A DNA stretch of 63,271 nucleotides, filler included, from Squatina squatina (lineage: Eukaryota), in assembly GCA_031763465.1 (NCBI GenBank). It is 4 parts of 4 records of this genome, joined end to end, with 100 filler letters (N's around TTAATTAATTAA, not from the genome) between each part and the next. Parts side by side here need not be neighbours in the genome. Positions count along the whole stretch, not along the records: positions 50,552 to 63,271 come from JARFOE010000233.1; 3 more parts are not named here. One strand, written 5' to 3'. Position numbers and translations under genes: made by a program. The notes beneath the pieces were generated by a model. That model saw only the letters and a list, made by a program, of their open reading frames with translations, did no database searches and had not been told where the DNA came from. Below, piece by piece: positions 51,199-63,271 of the stretch (within the stretch, counting starts at the first letter, position 1; the number at the start of each line of letters is the position of its first letter).

Positions 51199-51311
51199 GG
51201 AGCCAAGCATCGTGTTAAGTTTGTTTCCCATTGCCTGGTGGCAGACTTGTAGATCCAGTTTTACCTGCTTACCAGGCAATGGAAAATAGATTTATCATCA
51301 ATGCTGGCTCC
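51199..51311. repeat. Long imperfect inverted repeat (hairpin)
   Basis: GGAGCCAAGCAT...CCATTGCCTGGTGGCAG pairs with CTGCTTACCAGGCAATGG...ATGCTGGCTCC. Confidence 0.8.
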
Positions 51312-51349
51312 CAATATCCAAATTAGGAAGTATTTAAAAAACACAGTTC

Positions 51350-51610
51350 ATCGAATTTTACAGCACAGAAACAGGCCTACCATACTTCATCTCACCCTAC
51401 AAACATATCCTTCTATTCTTTTCTCACTCATGTACCTATCTAGCTTCCCTTTAAAAGCACCCAAGCTAATCGTCTGAACTACTCCATGTGTTAGCGGGTT
51501 CCACATTCGTACCACTCCAGTCAAGATGTTTCTCCTGAATTCCACATTGGGCTTTCAGTGGCCGTCTTGTATTTATGGCCATAGTTTTGGACTCCCTCAC
51601 AAGTCAAAAT
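51350..51610 (-). mobile_element. CR1 3' end fragment
   Basis: Same family and orientation as 19495-19760. Confidence 0.7.
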
Positions 51611-52820
51611 ATTGTTTACAACGTGACAGATAAGTATGCANNNNNNNNNNNNNNNNNNNNNNNNNNNNNNNNNNNNNNNNNNNNNNNNNNNNNNNNNNNN
51701 NNNNNNNNNNNNNNNNNNNNNNNNNNNNNNNNNNNNNNNNTCAATTGAAGAGCGCAGACACAATGGGAAAATAGTTGCCCTCTGTGCTGTGATTTCTGAC
51801 ATTTAGTGCAGACTTTTCTGCTGGTATTCACTTGTGCGTGGCTTTGTACTTTTATGCAATAGTGTTGAAGACTAGTGTGTTGACTGAGTGTGCTCAATTT
51901 AAACTTAGCATTGCATGTACTTTCTCTCCTTCCACGGAGCCCGCAAAGCTGGAATAGGAAGTGCTTAGGTGCACAAGTATTTTCCTCCTACTCTAACATC
52001 CTAGAAAGATATAATGGTGGAACTGTTCAAAGGCAAATCAGAGGTGAAATCAGCTAGAGGTCTGATACAACAACAGAATGGTTTACATCTGAAATGGTAA
52101 CTCATCTGTTTTCTCTACAGATGCTGGCTGACCTGATCAATGTTTCCTGCATATGTAGATTTCCAGCATCTACGGCTTTCTGCTTTCTGCTGCAGGTCTG
52201 GTACCATGAGATGGCTGATTCCCTTTAAACTTGGCCTTAACCTCTTAAAGGGCTGCTCACATGAAATTTCCTGATGCCCCCTACCCTGGCAAGCATATAA
52301 AGCTGTGTCCAATAATGGCCATGAGCTAATCCCACTACGTCAGTGAAGCTGACTCCACAAAGTAAGATCTTGCCAACACACTAATGGTCATGTGATGCTA
52401 CAAACGCACTAGACTGGAGGCTCAATCAGATAATCTAGCCTCTACTCTACATGACGACATGAAAATAAATTTTAACCAAAGAAATATTATAACAAATATT
52501 ATTGTTTCAGTTATATTGGTTGATAAAGTATGTACCTGGAATGTCACCTTGTACTTTCACTTTGCTTAACATATACAGGCAAAAAAATTAACTTAGAAAA
52601 TTATGGATAAAATCTTGAATAGGAAACCAGATGAAAACAACATGAACCTAAAATAACAGTAGAAATATTGCCCAGAAACAGTCCGCCAGGCTTTTATATC
52701 AAAAACGTGAAATAGAACATGCACACGAATACAAGATAATTTAATAATATGAAGCCAGAACCATACCAGAAGAAGAGACAAAACGTGAAAGCGTTGCATA
52801 AAAGTATTCTACATTCTTAC

Positions 52821-52956
52821 CTCGACTGTACTCAGCTCTCCTGCTAGATCTTCACATGCACAACTCCAGCTCAGCACACGCGATCCTGTTGGATCTTCCC
52901 ATGTATAGTAAGTTGCTTTACCTGGCTCCAGAACATTCTCCTTTGCAGTTGAACTG
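52821..52956 (-). CDS. vps13a: VPS13A-like internal exon
   Basis: tagcag acceptor and gtaaga donor; SSTAKENVLEPGKATYYTWEDPTGSRVLSWSC resembles human VPS13A SLPPGKAVFYTWADPVGSRRLKWRC. VPS13C is less similar. Confidence 0.75.
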
Positions 52957-53231
52957 CTAGTAACAAATTATGATGAGATTTGTAATCAAATTAAAATAAG
53001 TCCCATGCAGAGCTTAAGTGTTCTCTCTAAATTACCCTAAGAGGAGTCTTAAAATATACTTTGACTTTGAGACTTTGCAGAGCACACATTTCAAAAATAA
53101 AATTCTTGACAAGAAACCTGCACTCATATTCCAATTTGGTAAAGCAAGAACAAACAGAATGACTAATTCTGTTAACAAATTATCTATGATTCGTAGGGGA
53201 CCACTCAGTTAACATCTAATAGGAGAAATGA

Positions 53232-53366
53232 CAGGAACTGTGTTCCCTCACGCAGATCTTCTGCATATACAGGTGCATAGAAGGCTTTCATTTTGTTTTT
53301 GATTAACCACCGTTGGTACTTAGCCTGATCAGTGGAGATTTCCTTCAAAGCTTGTCTGCGAGGCCC
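53232..53366 (-). CDS. slc12a2: NKCC1 C-terminal domain exon, apparently truncated before its donor site
   Basis: Acceptor cattag; [45 protein letters not shown] versus human [47 protein letters not shown]. Confidence 0.9.
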
Positions 53367-54230
53367 CTAATGGGAACAAATATATAGATTTCATAAAACT
53401 GCATTTTTTTTTAAATAAAAAAGAACACTTTTCTAAGCATTAGGTCACAGGACTTCGGTTTGTCCTGAAGTGAATTGGCTACAATCGACTAAGATTGAAG
53501 TTGAACAAGCAAATTTGAAATGATAGCAGACTTGTGGAAATCATTACTGAGAATACATCTGATTGGAGTGGACTGACCAGGAAGCTAATGGAGGCTGACA
53601 ACATGTAATGCTATGAGAGAGCTGGACAGGTATTTGGCAAAAAAATCAACTGAGTGATTATAGGAATTATGAATTCTGTTTCTGAACACTGGGGCTATTC
53701 AGAGGAATCAAAATTGTCTTTGCCTGTCCTATACATGCCAATACTCCTGGCTTCTTATATATTTAAAAATTAAAAATATTTTTGCAGCTTATCGTGGGCA
53801 AAAGATGGTCATCTGCAGCCCACCATTCACCAATTCTTCCCCTCTGAGAAAGCCTTTGACTCTTTGCTCGGATACAATTCTTTATGGCCATTGTGAAAGA
53901 ACCTGGCAAACTAGTGTGAGTTAGTGCAGAATTAATATATGTTGTGCTACCTACACAAAATCTTTACAGCCTGAAGCGAAAGGAAAACTTTTATCCCATC
54001 AATAAAAACTGGATTCAAACCTGATATCCAAGAGGAGAAAGAACTGTGTTATCAGTTTTCATTCTGCCACTCGATTCGGAATTTATAAAGCCTTTGCGTA
54101 GCTTGTCAGTGATATGTTGCCGCCGCCCCCNNNNNNNNNNNNNNNNNNNNNNNNNNNNNNNNNNNNNNNNNNNNNNNNNNNNNNNNNNNNNNNNNNNNNN
54201 NNNNNNNNNNNNNNNNNNNNNNNNNNNNNN

Positions 54231-54356
54231 GGGGTACACTCTCTACCCAGTGATAGACTCACTCCCCAGGGGTACACTCACTGCACGGGGGTACACTCAC
54301 TGCCCAGGGATACACTCACTGCACGGGGGTACACTGATGGCCCAGGGGTACACTTC
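54231..54356. repeat. Minisatellite, about 20-21-bp unit GGGGTACACTCACTGCCCAG
   Basis: About 6 imperfect copies emerging from a gap. Confidence 0.85.
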
Positions 54357-55094
54357 AGGAACGGGTTTTGTGAACTGGAGACATTATTTGCCTGGGAAAG
54401 CAGTACCTCATCCGGGGATTGTCCCCGGAATATGGGGAGTTATGGTCACCCTTGCCTGGGTGGCTGAAGATGTAAACGAACTGGACTTGCTGCTATAGGC
54501 TTACTGACAAATGTTATTTTTTTTAAAGACTCACTTTAGTCAATTTAGGAAACTTTGGATTTCAATATTGCTGTAAGAAACCTCTGCAAAATCACATATT
54601 CAGTCTTAAACTCTTTTCGGAATAATATTGGATTTAATAATTAAAACTTAAACCTGTTGAAGTATTAACTGGTAAATACAAATGGAAGCCTGCTGGTGAA
54701 ATCTTTTACCATCTACTGCACATGTTTCCGTACTTTGAGGACCACCACTGGAATCCTTCCTTGCAACATGTTGGGACTCTCGTGTTAATTTATCCTCATT
54801 TCCAGCAGGTTCAGTGCTTTCCGACTGACAAGCTGTGTTTCATTGACCAGACCCAAAGATCACTGACGATTCCCTCACTTCATATGATATCACGATGGGA
54901 ATTAATGCACAACGTTCAAGAAATTACACCCAAACTGGACACAATTACTTTCGGGACACATAGAAACCCCCTCAAATGATTTATGTTCTCTAATCCTGGG
55001 GTGTTGAAGCTTTTTGCCTTTTTGGGCCACAGAGACACATTACATGGAGCATCGTGTGTAGTTTAAATCTCTGCTCTCACTGGTTTCCATTTTT

Positions 55095-55552
55095 TAAAAT
55101 TTGTTCCTGGGATGTGGGCGTCGCTGGCAAGGCCAGCATTTATTGCCCATCCCTAGTTGCCCTTGAGAAGGTGGTGATGAGCCGCCTTCTTGAACCGCTG
55201 CAGTCCTTGTGGTGACTTTTCGTAGCGGTTGTTTACAACTGAGTGGCTTGCTAGGCTATTTCAGAGGGCAGATAAGAGTCAACCACATTGCTGGGGGTCT
55301 GGAGTCACATGTAGGCCAGGCCAGGTAAGGGTGGCAAATTTCCTTCCCTAACATAGGAAATTAGTGAACCAGATGTTTTTTTTTTTATAAACGACAATCT
55401 GATAGTTTCATGGTCACTATTACTGACACTAGCTTTTTTTTTTAAATTCCAGATTATTTTTTTAATTAACTGAATTTAAATTCCACAGCTGCCAGGGGAG
55501 TTGAACCCACGTCTCTGGATTACTAGTCCTGCAACTTAACCACTATGCTACC
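55095..55552 (-). mobile_element. Near full-length tRNA-derived SINE
   Basis: The minus strand begins GGTAGCATAGTGG (A box)...GGTTCAACTCC (B box). Its tail GACGCCCACATCCCAGGAAC recurs at 35818-35834 and 61367-61430. Confidence 0.8.
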
Positions 55553-57219
55553 GAGTCCCCGTCAGGCTGCACCAAGCTGATCCAAATGCATAGTCTGAAA
55601 CCACTGTATGAAGAGGACTTCAATGTAGCAGGTGAAGCCAACCTCAGCCAGCATCAATAGGTCAATGGATGGTCTTCACTGACTTCGGTAGCCAAGGCAC
55701 CAACTCAATTAATATACTGAACCTAATCTCGCATTGGATGCACTCCTGTAGGATCTTCTCTCAACTTTTACAGCAGTCCCTATGGGTCCTTAACAGAAAT
55801 GTAAAGTAGTTCTGATAGACTTTTGTATCACATTTTGTATCCTAGCAGACATCCACTGTGCTCATCTGAAGATCTTTGATGATTTGGTAAAATGCTTGGA
55901 ATCTAGTGGGTGGGGTGACAACTGGCTAAATGTAGCTTTATACAATAACTGAAAATGGAAGATCAAATGAGCAGCAGTCTAGCACCACCTGGAATTAGCG
56001 TTGCAGTATGTGGAGAATGTTAGAATGAATTAGCAGTTGACTGGAATCTCTATGAATTAAAAAGCAACTCTAAAGGATTTTGATTTTTACTATTGTTCAA
56101 CCAGTGTTCTTAACAGAAATCTGGGAATTTTTAAGTACTTATACACAGTCCCATGATCCCATCTTCAATTACAGGCTACATCAAGTTACCTGGTTACCAA
56201 GAGCAGTCATCTGACAATCCTGTAAATCATTGATTAGTTTTACAAGCTATGAACTAGAAATCAGACAAAAGGAACTGAAAACATTTGGAAGACTCAAATC
56301 CCAGCAAAGTCGCAACCTGACTTTTGGAAACTACATCAACACAGAAAGCTAATTATGAAGTTCATTAAATCTTAAAAATGGCATTAAGTTATATACATGC
56401 CAATGACCTGCAGACAATAACACCACACTTCTGTAGTGTCAGATTTTCTTTTTAAATGAAGGAAGAATAAAAATTTTCTTGAAGATCCAAATCATACAGA
56501 AAACCAGTATCACTCACACCAAGTGAGAACTTCAAAGTTTACAAATTTAGCCCAAATTTAAAGAACTGAAAAATTACTCAGAAAATGTATCAAAATCAAA
56601 ATCTTGTGCTATACCTTCCATTTTATTTGTAGATTTACTTCATATACAGTTTTGCAGAAACATTCCTTTTGCCTTGTGTAAGCTCAAGTGACAAGAGCAT
56701 ATGATGGCGTTCACATGCAACAGTTACAGGAGAGTTAAACTCTAGACATTGCATTAGAAAAACTGCAGACAGTTGCAGTACAATAGATTACACTCTTCAG
56801 TACTATTGTGCAAACTGCACTGAACTGTTGGAACAGCATTGATAACTAAAGAGTTAGCAGACATAACATCTGGTCACAGGTAATGTTTCAGCAAAATGGA
56901 CGGGCCTGTTCCATGCTTTTAAACAAGGTCTTATAGCAGTCTAAGTGCTAGTACTGTTGNNNNNNNNNNNNNNNNNNNNNNNNNNNNNNNNNNNNNNNNN
57001 NNNNNNNNNNNNNNNNNNNNNNNNNNNNNNNNNNNNNNNNNNNNNNNNNNNNNNNNNNNAGGAACAGCGTACTGAAGTAGACGATCAGCCATGATCGTAT
57101 TGAATGGCGGAGCAGGCCCGAAGGGCTGAATGGCCTACTGCTCCTATTTTCTATGTTTCGAAATGCAAGTTAGCATCAAATAAACAGGCACAAGAAATCA
57201 AAAACCTAATCAACACCTA

Positions 57220-57462
<243 letters not shown>

Positions 57463-60400
57463 CTAAGCTCTACTTAATTTCGTAAAGTTTAAGATCTGTA
57501 AAAGGATAGTAGCTGCAGGTTGTATGAATTAAGTGCTTAGAGACATTGGGCTAAGTAAGCCACAGAGTCATAACTTCAAGTCAAAACCACATAAATACTT
57601 GCAATTAAACCAAATCAGTCACCATTTTAGAGGGTAGTGTTAACTCTATGCTAACCTCAATAATAGGTGAATACAAGTTTTATTGAGCTCATCTGGCAAC
57701 TGGTAAAGGTGCAGGAGACAGAGAAAACTGAAGAGGCCAAATCAAAATAAAAAATATTCTTTTATCAAAGCTGGACACTTACTTTAAATGATAGTGCTCA
57801 GTGCTCTCGGGTGGGGAAGCAGAAAGAAGAATAATTTATTATCTAGTATCTTGAATAAATCTCTAAGACTTTTTAGAGGCAGTTAATTTTGAGGTACAGT
57901 AGTTCATGAAATCTACTACTAATGCAATTATTTCACTTCCATGAGATTGTGTGTGGATTTCTCATCAACGTGAAACAGCAGTAGCTAGCTGTGAGAAAGT
58001 GAGTTTGTATTCTACTTCTGCTGGGTAGGGAATGCAGAGCTGCATGACGAAATCTTTAACAAACAAAAGGTTAATCGAACAGGCCATGTACTTAATGAGC
58101 AATGGAAAAATGGAACAAAATGCTTCGGCATTAAAATTATGCCACGGGATACGAGGATTTAATGCAGTCACATGAAATTTCTTCCTTCACTATTATAATG
58201 GAGGCGTTAATACATTTGTTTTAGTATCCTTTGGGACAATTTCACAACCTGAGAGAACAGTGTAGAGCCGAATTCTTTTGAAATTAAAAGAATATTCTTT
58301 ATAGTTATTTGTACTTTTTCTATTGGATAGGTGTTGGATTTTGTGGTGCTAATTCCCTTCATTGTTTAGATTTTCATGACAAGGTTTGACCAAGTTGGGT
58401 ACATTTTGTCAGCAAATATTTATTGTGCTCAAATCCAAAAGATTTTCATTAAATAGTGTTCTGTAAATCTTCCAAATCATAATTTTGCGTCATGCAGTCT
58501 TTGATGCTGAACTGTTACATGTTTGTCCTGTACACCAAGCCCCAATGCAGTTTTGACAGTGGTATAACGTTCTGTAGTCAGCTTCACTAAATGCACTTGA
58601 TCTTATCCTTCATCCAAACCATGTATAGATCAAACACTTCACATTCATTATTAAAACAATAAACAACCCATCAGCATCTTTGCAATCAGCCATGAATGGG
58701 ATTTTATGGTGGAAACAGTCATCAGTCCAATGTTGCTAGTTTCTACAGTTAGGTAGGCTGAGCACTCATTAAAGGCTACTTGTGTTCCCTCATTGGGAGG
58801 AAACCATAAATTGACTGATTCTTGTTCTCATAACTTTCAACTGGATTGAAAAGCACCCTCAATATTAGTTGTCTTTGGTTGCAGGAAACCTATTCTGACA
58901 GTTGAGATGTGCTATACCACGGGACTTGTATTGATTAATCTCCAGCTTGCTACCCGAACCGAACTTTGATATTCCACTTGATACATAATCTTGATACTCA
59001 AAACTTCGATATTAACTTGACAGTTGATTGAGGTATTTTAAAAACTGATTTCAGTACATATGTTCATTTTTTATCAGGAATAAAAGTGCACATCACATTT
59101 TTATTTGACGATTTTACATAAAATAATTCACCATCTTTTATTTCAATTCCCTGGTTAGATTTGAGTCCTTTTTCAAGACAAGAGCTATATATTGCATTTG
59201 CATTTTAATAAATCATTGTTTCCTCCTTCAAATTCAGTCTTCCTCATGCATGCATGCACACACACTGCAATGGACTAAATCTACACTTGCTCAGTTTGCT
59301 CGAAGATTGAGCATAGGCTGCACGGCTTGTGGGATTTCTTCTTACGTGATTGCTTCTCTCCGAAAGTGAACTGTTGGAGAATTGGCTTCAGTTGAAAGCC
59401 TTTAGAAGTGCTTCGCAGAGGCTTGAGTAAAATAGAGGCTGATAGAGTAAAGGAGAGATTAATAGGGTTGACCAAAAGCTTCATGAAAAAGGTGGGTTCT
59501 GAGGATGGTTTTAAAGGAGAAAGGGAAGGTGGAAGTGTTTAAGGGTGACATTTCAGGGTGTAGGACCCAGATGCTAATACTGGGACAAAGAGAGGGAGAG
59601 ATGCACAAGAAGCCAGTGTGAGCAGAACAGCACGTTTAGGGGGAGCAGGGTTTGTAGCACCAGGCAGGTTAGGTTAAAATTTCCCCCCAGATTTGATAAA
59701 CGGATGTTTATTTTCTCGACACAGGACCAAAGCTACAATCCCTCAGCGATTCATGATTGGCCCTTATGTTCACGCATAACCTATGGAATGTCATCAACAG
59801 TTCTTTTTGCTGATTGTCCCACCTCTGTTGTGTGATTAACTTCCCACCTGCAACTGCTGGAATCACTTCAGTGAAATATGGACAGAGCTGGACAGCAGGC
59901 AGAAAAACGGTGCTGTATCTTCAGGGCTGAGAAGGTTGAGTCAATAACTTGAGAAAGCTTGATTGTGATGTTTCCCACCAACCATATTTCTCTAAAGCTG
60001 TCTTCAGTTACAAACATTCCACTGCTTGACATTGCAATCATTGACATTGAGTATGCTAGGGCTAATTTTTTAATTATGAAACCAACGCGAGGTCCAATGG
60101 TCACATTGCAGGACATAACAACTAAATTTGAAAAGAATGCAAAGGTTAAGTAAATCAGGAGCTAGCTTTTCGTTGGCACCAAGCTTTGATTTTGAAAGCC
60201 GGAAGATTGTAGGAGGAAGAAAGATTGAGGGTGGCAAAGAGTTAAAGTTGTGAAACCCAGGGAAAGGAGTCAATGTAAGAGACATTGCGATGAGTTTACA
60301 CAGTAAGGATGCAAGAAAGAGGAAGAATGCAAAGGATGACTTATTTAGAGATTAGAAGGAACAAGAGAACAGGTTCAGAATTTAGTATTACATAGCTAAG

Positions 60401-61074
60401 TAGTTCATTCAATCTGCTCTACAGCGATATATCTAGATCTACCATACCAATGATATTTTTTAAAAAATCTATTGATCCAATAGCAGTTCTACAGTATTTG
60501 GTTTCTAAAAACATATATCGCTACAGGACTATTACAACAAGACACTACAGTTATGCCGTAAGAAACAAATGTAAGATTAAAATAAATGGGTTAATGGCTC
60601 AGTTGAAACAGCAGAGTGAGCAATTTCAGACAAACATGTTAAGTGTTCATAAGTTAGTTGAGCATTAATATCTACTAAGCAAAGAATTGATTTGTTAAAT
60701 TCGTCATATATAGTACCTGCTGCTAACTGTAATCTAGGAATGAAAACAACTCGAGATATGTTTGAATAAAACATATGCATCTGAATATTTAATTTTAATT
60801 TTAATTTGGTGCAGCTGCTATAAGGTGGACTGTCAGAAGATGTGAAGTTTGAGAAAAAATTAATATCAGTGGTTCTGTACTTTTAAACAGATGCTACACA
60901 CATTAAATCATTCGAAGTTAATTCCATGGGGATTCTTTCTCTGCATTCATACAGAACATACTCAGCTAATTTTCTTATTGGGCAATTTATCATTGCAGCA
61001 CATGAAACAAAAAAGAGATTAAAAAATAGACAGTCTTATTTTAGCCATCGGGTCTGAACTAATTTTGACTCAAT

Positions 61075-61182
61075 GGGGCAAGATTTTCCTCTGTTCATTT
61101 TTTATACTGGAATCCTAAACAGGAGTACAAAGAACAGGTTTACAACTTGACTACAAATAATGAACAGAGGAATTCTTCCCCC
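61075..61182. mobile_element. Small MITE-like element
   Basis: GGGGCAAGATTTTCCTCTGTTCATT and AATGAACAGAGGAATTCTTCCCCC form terminal inverted repeats of about 25 bp. Confidence 0.7.
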
Positions 61183-62089
61183 AGTCTTTTTTTTGGGGGC
61201 GGTGGTGGTGGTGGGGGGCGTAGGTTGTATCTCAGAATAGCCTACTCATATTGAGTGATGTGGCTTNNNNNNNNNNNNNNNNNNNNNNNNNNNNNNNNNN
61301 NNNNNNNNNNNNNNNNNNNNNNNNNNNNNNNNNNNNNNNNNNNNNNNNNNNNNNNNNNNNNNNNNNCCTTACCACATTCTCAAGGGCAACTAGGGATGGG
61401 CAGTGACGCCCACATCCCAGGAACGAATAAAAGGAAACGTGGGTTGTACAGCTGTACAGCTCCGCAACATAAAATTGTGCTAAATTGAAATCATGAATTT
61501 CTCTATTTATTTAAATTCTTCCACTTTTCTACTATATAATTAATTTTGATGGTCAATAAATATATAAATCACTTTATTAATGTTTTAGTTGAACTTCATG
61601 GAAAATTCATNNNNNNNNNNCACATGATGCGCCAGGTTGGCAACACAACACACCAGCACCCTAAAGGAACCTTGCAATGACCACGCCATTTCCTTCATAC
61701 TCATCACCTTATGTTTCACCATTCACTACAACTCACTAAGCCACTTCAGAATGTGCACACAAATCTGTCCAAGAAGTCAAAGTTCTCAAAATAAAGATTT
61801 CAATATTTGACAACTCTTCACCAGAAACTCTACATGATCATTGCCTAAAACACCCAAGTGACTATCCTTCTGTCTTGTTGGTTGGTACGATTGGACAAGG
61901 ATGAGGGTGAGTGTGTGTGGTGGCTAGCGAGATGGGGATATGATAATGTAGATAGAGTGGGATGGGTGGAGGTACAAGGTAAGTTGGGGTGCGTACAGAT
62001 GTGCAGGAGGAGGGTAGGGAAGACAGAGTGATGGGAATGTTATGAGTGGCACAGCAGGATGAGGTTGAATGTGGCTTTGTAGTAACAGT

Positions 62090-62310
62090 TCATGATCTAC
62101 TGAAATCATTGAAAGGTTTGTGCCAATGCAACCAGGCCCTCCTGACGATATGCCTGGTTGTGCCCTCCTGTGCAATGTGCAACCAGGCTGCTTTGGTGTC
62201 CTGGAAGATCTCTTCTGCCCATTGGAAAGGAAGAGGACCTCCCTGTGTGCTGTGACTCCCTCCATAAGCATCTGGAGGGAGTCATGGGAGAGCCTGAGTG
62301 CAGCCGTGCA
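62090..62310 (-). pseudogene. Frameshifted Myb/SANT-like ORF relic, probably from a PIF/Harbinger transposon
   Basis: AALRLSHDSLQMLMEGVTAHREVLF...(frameshift)TKAAWLHIAQE...RRAWLHWHKPFNDF follows the NAIF1-type Myb pattern. Confidence 0.55.
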
Positions 62311-62412
62311 CCTTTGTGCAGTGCTTGCAGCACCTCACTGACAGAAGAACTGTCAAAGAAAGTTGGCCATGGTGCCTTTAAGGAAACCGGCTGATGGCGT
62401 GTCATCAGATGA

Positions 62413-63271
62413 TGTTTAGGAAGGACAGGCAAAAAGGGAAAGGAGGTGGGGTAGTGTTGTTAGTAAAGGAGGAAATCAATGATAGTGAGGAAGGATATTG
62501 GCTCAGAAAATCATGATGTGGAGTCTGTATGGGTGGAGCTAAGAAACATCAAGGGGCAGAAAACATTGGTGGGGGTTGTTTATAGGCCCCCAAACAGTCG
62601 TGGTGATGTAGGGGGTGGCATTAAACAGGAAATTAGAGATGCATGCAATAAGGGTACAACTGTAATCATGGGTGACTCATCTACAGAAAGATTGGTCAAA
62701 CCAAATTAGCAATAATACTGTGGAGGAGGAATTCCTGGAGTGTGTACGCGATGGTTTTTTAGACCAATACGTTGAGGAAACAACTAGAGAACAGGCTATC
62801 CTAGACTGGGTATTGTGCAATGAGAAGGGATTAATTAACAATCTTGTTTTGCGGGTCCCTTAGGGAAGAGTGACCATAATATGATAGAATTCTTCATTAA
62901 AATGGAGAGTGAAATAGTTGAATCAGAAACTAGGATCCTGAATCTAAATAAAGGAAACTACAAAGGTATGAGGTGGGAGTTGGCTATGATAGATTGGGGA
63001 ACTTTACTAAAAGGGTTGATGGTGGATAGGCAGTGGATAATATTTAAAGAACATACACATGAATTACAACAATTATTCATTCCTGTCTGGCACAAAAATA
63101 AATCAGGAAAGATGGCTCAACCTTGGCTTACAAAAGAAATTAGGGATAGTATTAGATCCAAAGAGGAGACATATAAAATTGCCAGGAAAAGCAACAAGCC
63201 TGAGGATTGGGAGCAGTTTAGAATTCAGCAAAGGAGGACAAAGAGATTGATTAAGAGGGGGAAGATGGAGT
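62413..63271 (+). mobile_element. CR1 LINE endonuclease region, fairly well preserved; runs off the window
   Basis: FRKDRQKGKGGGV, ESVWVELRN, GVVYRPPN, VIMGD, FLDQYVEE-TREQAILDWVLCNE and SDHNMIEF. Confidence 0.92.

Noticed and set aside
53190-53230. Acceptor-like cctattag followed by ATGTTAACTG resembling the NKCC1 DVNW exon
   Set aside because: The frame stops at once (TGA), similarity does not continue to GSSTQAL, and the exon order would be wrong.
55490-55552. tRNA gene
   Set aside because: The A/B boxes belong to a SINE head; no complete cloverleaf is evident.

Overview
This is vertebrate nuclear DNA, most likely from a cartilaginous fish (shark or ray), inferred from the repeat families and the fish-type NKCC1 residues. 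It comes from a fragmented, gap-rich assembly. The window is not one locus: three artificial linkers (44N-TTAATTAATTAA-44N at 18236-18335, 33739-33838 and 50452-50551) join four blocks. Block 1 holds knl1 exons followed by rad51. Block 2 holds a 4.8-kb satellite with a 37-bp unit and two sorbs1-like SoHo exons. Block 3 holds the last exon of c3orf38 and two exons of a DUF547-domain gene. Block 4 holds slc12a2 (NKCC1) exons next to a vps13a-like exon. The rest is mostly decayed CR1, L2, RTE and Penelope-like retroelements, tRNA-derived SINEs and small TIR elements. Most ORF-track entries are spurious or run through N gaps. I found no CRISPR array or prokaryotic system and no convincing new biological system. 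The best leads are a gap-free slc12a2/vps13a junction, a degenerate Penelope-type hammerhead ribozyme motif, the higher-order structure of the satellite, a MITE nested in a CR1, a Harbinger-type Myb relic and the uncharacterised DUF547 gene. Gene and repeat names come from recalled protein and consensus similarity, not database searches. Repeat boundaries are approximate.
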